A stretch of 64,000 bases of DNA, taken from positions 50,098,001 through 50,162,000 of the forward strand of contig NC_087447.1 of the NCBI RefSeq assembly GCF_036321535.1, given 5' to 3'. The DNA comes from Camelus dromedarius (Eukaryota). The notes under the pieces are model-generated. The model worked only from the letters and a program-made list of their open reading frames with translations. It was not told the DNA's origin and did no database searches. The position numbers were made by a program, and so were the translations under genes. Positions 37,401 through 49,632 of the stretch are shown piece by piece; position 1 is the first letter of the stretch; every line of letters begins with the position of its first letter.

Positions 37401-40200
37401 ACCACTGCCCTCCACCAAAGATGCAGATGGAGCCGTGAGGCCTGACCTTCAGGCTGCCAGAGCCAGGAGCAGACTGGGGTTCTGCCCTCACTATCAGGTT
37501 AGCTCCAGATCACTGTGTTCCAGGCCTGGGCATCTGGGGGTCATGTTGCCTCCAGCCACTCCTCTCTTCCCCCACCTGCTCCCCGAGGGAAGGAGAGGCA
37601 GGAAGGAGGGGTGGCCCTGCCACCCCATGACTGAGATCACCTCCCCATGGCCCATATGCAGTCACTGCCTTGGCCCAGGCTCGCCTCCTGCCCAGACCCC
37701 TCAAGGCAGAGTCTCGGGGATGAAGACACCCAATCCAGGCACTTGCAGGCTGCACCCAGAACTCCAAATCAGACATGCATGTTGAGGACCCAGCCCAGGA
37801 AATGAGAAGCCACTTAAATCCACTCCCAGGGGCCGGGTTCTTTTGCCTTGAATCTTCCCAGGAGCAGTGGGAGGTCCCCCAACCCACAAACAAACAACAT
37901 TGTTCCTGTGTATGGGGTGACCTCAGGCAGGACTTGGGGCAATGGCTTGGACACTGGTTAACTTTGAGCTGGGTTGTAAGACAGGGGACCACCCATCATC
38001 AGCTGGTGATCTTGAATGAAGAACACAAGCTCTCAGAGCCATACTTTCCTCATCTGTAAAATGAGTCTAAAGGTAGCTGACCTGCAGGGCTGTGATGGAG
38101 GAGAGGAGGAGGATGAGGCAATAAAGATGAAAGCGTTTTTGAGCTGTCAAATAACACCTGACCACCTTTCTCCAGGCAGCCTAGGCACAGGCTTGCTCCA
38201 GTCTGAAGGGGCTTCCTTCCGCCTCCATCTTCTACACATCCCATCCCAGGAGGATGCCGTCCTCACTCTGCCTGGGGCTGCCTGTCCTGGGGCTGTTGGG
38301 TTGGTGGGGGTGGAAGATGACAGAAGCTAATGCCTGGAAGCCGTCACCCACTGTTGAGGGTTGGAGGGTTTCATCTGCCCGTGTCTCGGTTACCCCAACT
38401 GCATGTCTCTGCCCAGATCGTGGCTTCTCCCGGAAGCTTCCCAGACACCCGGCCCACTTCCACTCCACCCAACCCACCCTTCAACCCGGACTTATTTTTT
38501 AATATCTCAGTAGCTACATGCTGAGCCTTTCCTTGCATCATTTATTTACTCTTAATGATCTTTATTATGTTAATGACATTTGTCTAACTCCCAGGAGGCT
38601 GGAAGGCAATTTCATGCACATTATCTCAATTAGCTTTCCCATTGGGAGGTTAAGATTTTCATCATCCCCAATTTGCAGATGAGGAAACAGAGGCTTAGAG
38701 TAGCAAAGCTGCTGTCCTGATCCAGTGCGTGCTCCAGCTCCCTGTGCTATGGTGACAGGAGCGGTGGCAAGAGAAGGCATTTACTGAGCACCTGTTGGGT
38801 ACCAGCACCCACACAACCAGCTTGTCTGAGCCTCAGTGTGTGTGTATTGGGGGGAAGATGAGGGGTGTCTGGGAAGCTTCCCCTCTTCCCCTCTTCCCCC
38901 ACCCCTGAGCTGGCCTGAGAGAAGCTGGCTGTCTGTAGAGGAGGAGCTGAGGGAGGGGGAGAGGGGGCTGGTGTCAGCTGGTTCCCATGGCAGATTGGGA
39001 AAGTGGTGGTTCCAGGCAGCATCCTGTAACCAGTGAGGATGGGCAGCCAGAAGAGCAGGTGCAGAGTGGGGGACCTGACAAGAGAAGAGGAGAGGACAGA
39101 GGGGAGGGAAGAGAGGGAAAAGAAGCGTGGGGAGGACTTGTCCATGGCCACCAGGTCATCCCTCAGTGCCCTCTTCTGCCAGCAGCACCCCTGGGTCCTG
39201 CGGCCAAGAGCTAAGTGAAGTCTTTTGGCTCTTAGATGCTGTACCTCTTGGAGGCAGAGGTGGCCATGCCAGGACTCCCTGATTCCTCCTAAGATTTCCA
39301 CACTCCTAAGTGTCCCGTTCTAGGTGTTGGTGGATTGTGTGACAAGAGTGAGGGCCTTTGGAAAGACAGCCCTTTATGAAAGCTGCCTTCAAGGTAGGAT
39401 GTAGAGTCCTGGCTAGAATCTTTTGTCCCCAAATATCACTGCTTATCACACTCTCGCACTGCCTAAATTACCTCCATTAACTCACTTCTTGGAAAAGCCT
39501 CCATTGAAATGAAAGTCCACCATTTTCCAGACTTATAAAATATCAGCTGAGCAGTGTCTTCATATGTTAAGGATTAGAATAGACAAATCCATTTGTTTTA
39601 AACTTTATTTTTAGCCATCGACCCTTTTTATTCAACTATGTGTTGAATGGAGCTGCTCTGAGCAGAAAGGGAGAGAGGCATTTGTTAAAGTCTCTGCATC
39701 AGTGGTGGGCACAGAGGGACTCCAGGGAGGGGTGGCAGCAGAGCAGGCTTTAGTAAGTGGCTGGGATTTTGCCAGGGGAAGATGCGGAGAGGGCATTTCA
39801 GGTGGAGGGGCATACTTGACAGAAGTGTGGTGGTGAGAGGGCAGGCGGGCTGATGGGAGAGGCAGATCTGTGGGGAGGGGTCCCAGAGTGCCTGTGGCGG
39901 TGGGGGGGAGACGTGGCAGGGAGCGGGCTGGGATGGAAAGCTTTAGTGACTCCAACTCCTTGCCGGGCTGGAGAGGGCAGGAGTGGAGCAAGTCCTGGCG
40001 ACATGGGAGTCTCCACCATCAGAACGTATCCAGTCGAGTTGTGGGGCAGACCCGCATCCACACAGGGTACCCAGGGCTCTGATGGGGGCATGGGGTGAAG
40101 CCCAGGGGCTAAGGGATACCGACCCTGGGTGGGGGACCCCGACTCTCTGGGATCAGGGGAGGCTTCCTGGAGGAGTTAAGTGGTACTCGCGCTGCATCTT

Positions 40201-40356
40201 TTTTTTCTTTTTAATTTTTATTTATTTATTTATTTTTTATACTAGGGGGAGGTAATTAGGTTTATTTATTTTTTTAATGGAGCTACTGAGGATTGAACCC
40301 AGGACCTTGTGCATGCTAGGCACGCACTCTATCACTGTCTCCCCCTTCCTCACCTG
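40201..40356 (-). mobile_element. tRNA-derived SINE (camelid Vic-1-like) with target-site duplication
   Basis: Antisense tail (T-rich/TTTA), ggggaggtaattaggtt, B-box region gattgaacccaggacc; perfect 10-bp TSD GCTGCATCTT at 40191-40200 and 40357-40366. Confidence 0.85.
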
Positions 40357-43300
40357 GCTGCATCTTAAAGTTGGTGTGAGCACCTTGAGAATGGCACTCA
40401 GCCAGAGGGGCCAGTATGGACAGAGGCTGTGTGCAGTCCTCCAGGGGCCTTTTGAGGCAGAGGAATACGGCACCCTGCACTGGCCTATCCCAATAGCATC
40501 CCTGAGTGCGGCTGGCTCCCTCCCCGCACTGCCTCCCACCCTCTCGACCTCAGGCCTCACCCCTCCCAGGTCATCCTTGACCCCCCCTAGGACTCCCCTT
40601 CTGAAACCCAGCTGAGACCCCAGCCCCGCCATGCTCCACCCTCCATGGTGCCCCTGGCCCTCAGGTAAAGTCCAGACTTCCTGGGGGGAAGGGGGGCTCC
40701 GGGGCGACACGAATCAAACCTGCAAGATCCCAGCCCTGCCAAGCCTTCCAACCTCCAAGAAGCAAAGAAAGGTGAGGCCAGGGGTGTGGGGGCCCAGCTG
40801 CCTCCTCCTCCGGATGGGGCAAGCGGAACTTCCCGAGATAAGGGCAGTCAACAATGGGGGGCTGTGTGGTGTGGCCTGTCTCCAGAGGAAATGAGTGGCC
40901 TCTGCACCATTAATCCGCTGCGGCCCACAGCACCCTCTGGAAGGGTGACCCAGGTCGGCTGAGATGTTCCCAGCCCCCACCTACTGTCCCTGCCACTCCA
41001 GGCCCTCCTACGTCTAAAACCATACACATAAGTTGGGGCCTGGGGCAGTGGCAGAAGAAGGGGCTGCTCCAGCTGGGGAAGCAGGGCCTGGGTTGGCTGC
41101 CTGACATAGCCCAACCCTCTGGGGGCAAGTGCCTCTCCCCTTCTGGACCCCTTGTCCCTCACTGGTCCATGGGCTCCCTTCTTTCTTGGCTGTTCTGGGA
41201 GTCTGAGGATACCACATGCCTGTAATTCTTGTCTTTTTGCCCCTCTCAGTGCGTGGGCCTCAGGACACATGCTTTACCCAAATATGGGGGCTCTGATGCG
41301 GGATTTTAGACAGCAAGCAAGGCTGCTAGTGGAGACTTTTGGGCTTTGTAGACTGTCATGGTCACTGCAACCAAAGTCAGTGGGGAGAGTGCATGGCCCT
41401 GCACTGTTCTGGGCTTCAGTTTCCCTTCCTGCACCATGAGGAGCAGGCCTCAATCACCATCCTGTGGAGGATGGGCCCCTATGGCAGATGACAAGGGGTG
41501 TGAAGCCATGGAGTTTCTATGAGTCCCTTCCAATCTCATCCTGCCAAATTCCACCTCAGCCACTGACCAGCTGGGTGACTCTGGACAGATCCCCTCCTGC
41601 CTTCAGGCCTTGGTCTTCCTACCTGTGAAATGGGGCCCTTGGCCAGCCAGCTCACAGGAATTCTGGGACAATAGTTATAGGGGGACTCTGTAAGCTCCAC
41701 TGGAGGGGTCACTCTCTCTGAAGTGTCTTGGGCTGGGGGCCTACTTTCAGGGCCCCATCTCCAGGCCCCAGAGTCCAGCCCTCTCTGCCTCCTCCCTCCC
41801 CACTTCCCATATCTCACTCTTGCCCCCACCTCTTGGATGGCCTCCCTCATCAAAGAAAGAAATCAAGATTCCCATCCCAGGAGACATTCAAAACAATGGA
41901 CAGGAACCACAGAGGCCCTTGGATGGCCAAGGCCAGCCGGCTCATTGTTCAGACAGGGAAACCGAGGAGACAGAGGCTGGGAGTCTCCCAAAGCCCCCAG
42001 CTAGCAGGTGGCAGAGAAGAGCCCGGAGTGCAGATTTGCCTCTCACACACCCTGGCTCTTCTGTGTTAGGGCTGGGAGGATCTTTGGGCTCAGGCTGTCC
42101 AAATCCTCGAGTTGCTGAGGCCTAGAAAGGAGGAAAGCCAAGCCCAAGTTCACCCCAAGAGCAGCCTGAAACCCTGACCTCCCAAGTCCAGGACCCTTTA
42201 CGGGCCTGGTGCCTCAGTGGCCCATCTCGGTTGGGGTATTGCCTCTTGTCCCCAAGTCTACAGTAAGGAATACTGTCTTAGAGGTTGAAAAGGGAAAAAA
42301 CCACCACCAAAACATATTGGTGTGTGCCCTTTCCATCCACCCCACTGTGCCCCCTTCTCCACCACCCACTGCTCCTGCTCCTGCTCCCTCCAAGGGGCCT
42401 TTCTTCCAGAAAGGGAAAATGTTAGAATGAGGAGAAGGAAGCAGGTGGCTAGGCCTGAGGCTTAGGGTAGAGGGAGGCGAGGGGGTAAGAGGGCAGGGGT
42501 GGCAGTGTGCTGCTTAGTGGAAGGCTGGGGAGCAAATGGAATGTGTTTCCCTGGGAATGGAAGGGGATAAGGACAAAAAGGGGAGGTGCCAGGTGGAGAA
42601 GGGGCCTGCAGGAAGGAAGAACAAACAGGGACCCCTGGGATGGGATCCATGGGAAGAGACTGGACGTGGAAATGGACCCAGGTGCATTTGGGCAGCAGGA
42701 AGTTAGAGCCAGTTCCCTGTAAAGCAAGAGGTTCCTGTCTGATGAGAGCAGAATGCCTCAAGGGACAAAGGCTTGCTGCTGACAGGAGATGGGGAGGGAG
42801 CTGACCAAAGCATATACAAATGCTGCCTCTGAGGACCAAACACAGGTGGACACAGCCAACAGCAATCCACGGCGCTGACTGTAGCTGATACCTAGTGACC
42901 CAGGCAGCATGACTCCAGATCTGAGCTCTTAACCTTTCCACTTCATCAGAGCTACTAATATTTACAGAGAATTTAGGAAGTGCCAGGCACTGCACCCAGC
43001 CTTTTACAAGTGTTAACTTGTGTAAGCCTCATAACAACCCTATGAGGCAAGTACGTTGATTACACACACAGACACACGTGGATACCACGGTCACACAGAC
43101 ACACACAGTTACACAAACATGCACTGGTTCCCATCCAACCTGGGAAGGAGCGTGTGGTCGGGGAGGGGAGGGGAGCTCTGGGGTTGAGAGACGCCTCCTG
43201 CCCTGGGCTCTCAATCACTCTTTACCTCCCCTCCCACATTCTCCTGCAGGTGCCGCGTCCCTCTGGTCTGAGTCTCCCTCGGACTGAAGATTCTTTGTTA

Positions 43301-45917
43301 ATGGGTTTCAGACTATCATTCCTTGTCCCGCAAAGCCCTGACTCACCCTCTGTGTGGCAGTTGAGAAGACCAAGAAACCTAAGTCTCAGGCGCATATGAT
43401 GGAGGGTTCCAGGGTAGGCTGCCTGGTGGTGGAAACTCCCTCCACCCCACCCCTTCACCTCACCTGCAGCCCAAGTGTTCCTGGGAAAGGGTCTCCAGAG
43501 CTGGGTGTGGGCGGCTGGAGCGGAGCAAGGTCCCTCCAGCATTTGACTGGGGGAGCTTGGGGAGTCGCCAAGTTCATCATCCCTGGGCAGTGCCTGACTA
43601 GTGGGAAGGAGAAAGGGGGCCTCTGCAGCTGCTGCCTGCCTCCCATCAGGCCCGGCTCCCTCATGGAGGACCTTCCTCCCCTCCTTGGTCCTAGAGATCA
43701 CTGGCTGCCACACCATGCAATCCTGGGTTGTTTCCAGCAGACACTTCTGAAAGGGGAGGCACTGAATGCGTTGGTGGCCACATTGTGCTTGTCTCCAGGT
43801 GGCTGCGAAGGGTAGGGAAGGTCTGCTGGGGGCTGAGCTCAGTGTCTGGCCCCAGCCTTGTCTGGTCACTTTGTGGCAGTGGCCCATCGTTGTCCCCTCA
43901 GTGGCTCAATGTCCTCGTCTACATAGAGGTGGCGTCTGAGGCCTACACTGGGGTATCTTCTAGCTCTCAGACCCCAGTCCCTTACCTGTGCACATGCCTT
44001 TCACCCCATCACTTCACCTGAGTTCATTTCCATCGGAATGAGGCAGATGGCATTTGCCCTATTTCACCAGGAGAGAAACAGAGGCCCAAGATCACACAGT
44101 GGGCAGGTGATGAAGCCTGAGGTCATCTCCCTGCCCAGAGGTGTCTGGTGGCTGCTGTGAGCAGGGCCAGACAGCCTCCTGCCCTGCAGGAGTGGGTGTG
44201 GTAGGGAAGCGCAGGTGGCCTGGAGCTGAAACAAGAAGGGGTTCAGGAGGCAAGGGATCCCTCAACCGGAACAGGAGTTCTTTCTCCCGTGACTTCTGGG
44301 CACCCTCTACTTCTCCAGCCCCTCCTTGCTCCCAGCCACTGTCTTCTCCACACCCAGATTCCAGAGGCGCAGCCTGGGTGCTGGAGTGATGGCTCCAATT
44401 TGAGAGCACAGACCACGCCAGGCCCGCTGCTGAATAAGATGCAAACATCATCTCATTTGAGCCTCTCGACAGCCCTACTAGGTCATAGGAGTTTTACTCC
44501 CAGTTTATAGACATGGACATGGAAACCCAAAAAGGTTGTCACTGCCTCAACTCATAGTGAGCAAATGTAGGCACCAGGAGCAGAGTCCGTTCCTAGTGAC
44601 TCTATCGTCCTACATTGGGGCCAACATGGCTTATTGGGCAGGCTGGGCGTCCGACTCTCGGAGTGGGTGGGCCAGGTCTCACCCAGCACACAGCCAGCAC
44701 AGTGCTGCCTTCTGGAGCCACAGGGGCTCCTGGCTCTCAGGGTGGGCAGCACAGGAAGTCTGCCCACATGGCTCTGAGTCTGGGGTGTTTTCTGCAGCTC
44801 TAAAGACACAGAAGCTCCTGCTGGACCTGGCACAAGACCTTAGCCTGGAGGGGCACAGCCCCTAGGCTGCCCTTGGCGACCCTGGGTTTCAGGCCCCCTG
44901 TCTTGTCCGGGGGATGCCATCTGCAAACCTGGAGCCACATCCTACTTGTTTCTGGGAGCCAGCTTTGCCTGAATGAACACGAATGGCTCCAATGAGGGAG
45001 AGTTTCTAGTTTGGCCCTCCTCCCAGCCCTGCCTGCTTCAGCTCTGCTCTCACACCCCATGTCAGGGCATCCCTTGGTGCAACCCTACCTCCAGAAAGGG
45101 AAATTGAGGCTCTGCAGGGGGCCTGGGCTGGCACAAAGCCACACAGCCTGGAGATCCTGTTCTGTTCCTTCTCCCCTCTGCCAAGGCCCCCGTCCAATTC
45201 AGCACTACGGGGCCCAGACTGGTTTTAACACCCCAAGAGTGATGGGCCTCCCACTTCTCCCGGGATAAAGTTCCAACTCTTTGGCCTGGAACAACAGGAT
45301 CTCGCCCTGCCACCAGTTCCAACCAGGTCTGGCCTGACTACCACACTCGCCTCCCCACCATCAGCCAGGCTTAAGGCCCCCATGCACTTGCTCACTTCAC
45401 TTCCCAGTTCCACTACAGTAGCACGCCAGCCACATGTCTTCCCAGATCCAATCAGCTATGGCCACGTCACATGGTCTACCATAGCTGCCAAGATCCCTGG
45501 CATATGGAGGAAATTCTCAGAGAAAGGGGCTTGGGCCCCAGGGCTACCACCATAGTGAAGGCACAACTTCTGATGGGGCAGTTTCAGTAAGCACTGGGAA
45601 GCGCTCCCAGGCCCTTGGGCTTACCCAGTCCAAACCCTGCCTTGTTAAAGCCAGAAGCTGAGGCCAGAGATGGCCAGGGACTTGCCTGAAGCCACACAGC
45701 AGGGGTCCACACAGGGATACACATAGTTTCCACAGTCTGCAAGGCATTTGACCTTCATTGTTTCATTTAATCTTCACAATGCCTCTGCGAGGTGGCCCCT
45801 AGGGTCTCCAATTTCCAGATGGATAAGCAGGGCCTCGGAGTGGAGCTTACACAACTGCAGAGTGAAAGAACTAAGACAGAATTCAGGTCTACCCAAAACC
45901 CAAGTCCTGGGCTATTA

Positions 45918-46116
45918 TGGTTGCACAACTCTGCAGATGTAATTAATGTCACTGAACTGCACACACAACAATGGTTAAAATGACAAATTTGATGTTATAT
46001 ATATTTTACAGCAATTTAAAAAATGAATAATGCCATATGCCAAAAATCATTGTGCACTTTAAACGGGTGAATTGTGTGGTATATGAATTATATGTCAATA
46101 AAGCTGTTAAAAAAAA
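45918..46116 (+). mobile_element. L1 3' end fragment with A tail, next to a MIR
   Basis: ggttgcacaactctg...aatgtcactgaactg...tgaattatatgtcaataaagctgttaaaaaaaa. Confidence 0.75.
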
Positions 46117-46845
46117 GTCTAGAGCTCTTAACCAGGATACTTGGCTGACTGTCGTCTCAAGGAGCTCTCAGGGCAGTAGGCGGAACAGGCCCCTGAACAG
46201 ACGTTCCCCAAATGAAGAGGAAGGAGCTCCGCTGGGGAAGCAGAGAGAAGGGGCCCCTTAAGCAGGCTTCTCAGGCTGCAAGTCAGACTCATATGCACAG
46301 CTTCAGAGCTGCCCAAATGCCCAGGCTCCACTCCCTGGACATTCGGGTGCTGATTATTCCCGCCCTGAGACCACTGCCCTAACCCATGGCAGAGGGGACA
46401 CTGAATGGGTTTTGAAGGATGAAGGAGCCACAATCTGGAGAGGTTGGAGGGAGAAAAAGAGTGGACCACATAGAAGAAACATTGTCTGCGAAAGCCTAGA
46501 GGTGTGAGTGGGAGTGGGTGTGGTTGTTAATCAGACCCCAGGGGTCAGCCCAGAGAACTGTGTGAACTTGGGCTCTGAAGCCAAAATCAACAGAGGTGCA
46601 CCCTCCCTGCCACCTTTCCTGCACCATCACCGGAGGCCTTCTCAGTCTGTCAATTAAGAGACTAAATTTACTGGGTGACCAGGACTGAGCCTTGAATTTT
46701 CTCTCACTTCTCACCTACAAGGAAAGAAGCGAAGAGTCCCCTGAGGGGAGATCTACTTCAGCCTCCAAGCACCCCCAGGGGCACATGACACCCTGAAGGC
46801 TCTGCTCTGTGGAGAGTGGGGGGTGGAGCCCATACCAGCTGGGGG

Positions 46846-46896
46846 GTGTGTGTGTGTGTGTCTGTGTGTCAGTGTGTGTGTGTGTGTGTGTGTGTG
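46846..46896. repeat. Interrupted (GT)n microsatellite
   Basis: GT runs with tc/ca interruptions. Confidence 0.9.
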
Positions 46897-46980
46897 ACTC
46901 CCTCGGTTTCCTCATCAGTGAGTTGGGGATAACGTGTTCTACCTTGTCTATAATAGAATCTTTGTTAAAACCTCTGAGGA

Positions 46981-47213
46981 GATGAGCGGTTGCCGGGGGC
47001 TGGGGGAAAGGGAAACGGGAAATGGGGAGTGACTGCTTCACAGGCGCGGGGCTCCCTTTCGGAGTGTTGTGATGAAAATGTCCTGGAACTAGGTAGTGGT
47101 GACGGTTACACCACACTGTGAATGGAATAAATGTCACTAATGGTAACTTTTATGTTTTGGGTACTTTAAAACAGTAAAATGTTTACATGATGTGATAATG
47201 AAAAAAAAAAAAA
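46981..47213 (+). mobile_element. 5'-truncated L1 3' end with poly(A)
   Basis: gttgccgggggctggggg...gatgaaaatgtcctggaacta...aatgtcacta, followed by an A tail. Possible degenerate TSD aaaacctctgagga / aaaagccatgagga. Confidence 0.75.
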
Positions 47214-48897
47214 AGCCATGAGGACTATTGCGATTGAAAATGGAGGCATTAACAACCGCCATTCATGGAACACCTGACTGCCAAATGCAGGGTCCAGACG
47301 AGTGAAATGGTGGTGGGCTACGTAAGGGAACCGCTGGACTGATCAGCAAGCCTTGAGCCCTTGGGAGAAAGGGAACTAATTCCTAGAACCCGCGGGAGGA
47401 CAGTGAGGCACAAATGGGCACAAATAGGAGGGGTCCCGCTCAGAGGTGCAGGCAGCACGGGTGTGTCAAAGGGTCAGAGGGAGCATATGTTGTTCTGCTG
47501 CCCACCTGCAGGCTCCCTTCCTGCCTGGAGGAACTCCTTTCCTGAACTGAGTCTTGGAAGGAGCCTGTCTGGTGCCTCTCCCCTCAACCCATCCCTCCTG
47601 TATCAAGGGCATGGCGTGGGACCCAGACTCAGCCTCTCTGGCACCACCTTGGGCTTTGCATCTTGGAGTGGCCTCAGTGCTACAGAGGCAGTAGGAGGGA
47701 GGTGGGAGAAAAGGTGGAAAGAAGTGAGAAAATTCATTCATTCAAGAAATTTTCTCTTGATTGCTTACTACACACCTAGTACAGAGTGAACAAGCACAGA
47801 ATGAATGAGTGAGAAAATCAGAGGATGGGTGTGTAGGCTGGCAGCTGGCCCTCGGTGGACCTAGGGGGAGGGGAGCTGCCAGGTGGGGCTGAGGGCCTGA
47901 TAGGGGACGCTGGGTGGGCATATTAGTGAGTGGTCCCGGTTTGATCACAAAAGTGTCCACTGGCCTCTTTCAGAGGCCAGGCAGGCAGTCTGGGCCTTGA
48001 CAGGCCACTTGCCCCATAAAAGTCCTGATTTATGCTGCAGCCACCGCTGGCCGTGATGTCGCTTGTGTCTTGTTTATTTGTGAGAACCAGGTTGGGGTCT
48101 GGCTTCTCTGCCCTTCCCCCCGCTCCAAGTGTTCTAACCCCACATGGTGAGGAAGATAGATGCCTTGGAGGAACTATCTTGCATGAAATGGCCCTGGAAA
48201 ACTATTTGACCAGCGTTTGATTTCACCTCTTGTTACAGCAACATTTGTTACCCTGAAGCATGCAGCGGCTGGAGGCCTGGAGGAGCAGATGTGTCTGGGG
48301 GAGGTGAGGGCACCCCAGGCAGTGGTGGTGGTGTCACAGGGAAGTGGCAGAGCATGGCTTCTGCCACGTGGGCCTGTGCCTCTCACGACTGTGGGAAGCT
48401 CATGGAGGCCTATCTGGGGCTTGGGTCTCCCCACCTGTAAAATGAAGATGAGGACATCTCCCTCCTGGAGCTAGTGTGAGGATAATGCAACTCATATAAA
48501 GCACTTAGCATATTGCCTGACCCACAGCAAGAGTCAATAAATGCTTGCTATTATTCCTGGAAGAGATGATTGTCGAAGACAGGCTTTAAAAGCATGAATA
48601 GAAGTGAACTGGATGAAGAGGTGTGTTTTCTGGCACCACATGAGCAAAGACATGAAAAAGAAAACTGGAACAATTATTCTGTGTTGCTGAAACAGAAAGA
48701 AGGAGGCAGGGAGCAGTGGGAGAGGGCACCTGGGAAGTTGGTGGGAACAGTTAGGAAAGGTGGTGGATGCCAGGGCACTGGGGAGTCTTAGAAGAGTTGT
48801 GAGCTTGGGAGGGACATGGTCCCCTTCCTCCTTCACAAAGAGACCTCTGGCTGGGAGGACAGCTGAGCGAAGTTGGCAGAGTTGGTTGAAAGACCCT

Positions 48898-49222
48898 GTA
48901 TGAGTTTCCTAGGGCCGCAATAACCAAGCACCACAACTGAGGGGCTTAAAATGGCAATTTATTCTCTCACTGTTCTGGAGGCTAGAAGTCCAAATCCAAG
49001 ATCATGGAGAGCTGCACTCTCTCTGCAAGTTTTAGGGAAGAAGGTTTCCTTACGTCTTTCTGGCTTCTAGTGGTAGCTAGCAACCCTTGGCATTTCTTGG
49101 CTTGCAGCTGCAGCTCTACAATCTCTGCCCCTTTTGTCACATGGCCTTCTACCGTGTGTCTGTTTGTGTCTCCTCCTCTTCTTATAAGGACACCAGTCAT
49201 ACTGGGCTTAGAGCCCACCCTT
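48898..49222 (-). mobile_element. MLT1C-like LTR
   Basis: tgtatgagtttcctagggc...tttattctctcactgttctggaggctagaagtccaa...cttataaggacaccagtcatactgg. Confidence 0.8.
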
Positions 49223-49583
49223 TGGAAGACCCTACACCTTCACTCTGCAACCTTAAAGGCAGAGTTATCCAGAACTGACTTATATCTGTGCCAGGGCAGA
49301 GGCCCAGAGAGGGCAGAGACTGCCCCTCAAGGTCACACGTGGGTCCACAGCAGATGGGGGGCTAGACCTCAGGCCTCCTGCCTCCAACCCATGGCTCTCC
49401 CACCACCCTAGCTGCACAGGTGCTACTTGGTCTGGACAGAGAATTTCAAGGTAGATTGGGACAGGAGTGGGAGGTGGTATTGAGTCTGGGGCCCTCCAGG
49501 AAGAGTGGGGACCACCAGGTGAGGGTAGGAAGAGGATACATCTGGGTGGAAAGGCAAAGTGATAGGCATAAGGCAGTGGAGAC

Positions 49584-49585
<2 letters not shown>

Positions 49586-49629
<44 letters not shown>
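49586..49629. repeat. (GT)22 microsatellite
   Basis: Direct reading of the sequence. Confidence 0.97.

Positions 49630-49632
<3 letters not shown>

Noticed and set aside
40280..40340. tRNA-like B-box sequence as a third tRNA gene
   Set aside because: It is part of a SINE with a tail and TSD, and has no complete cloverleaf.
43222..43887. 221-aa minus-strand ORF
   Set aside because: No domain similarity, and overlapping ORFs in several frames indicate a GC-content effect.
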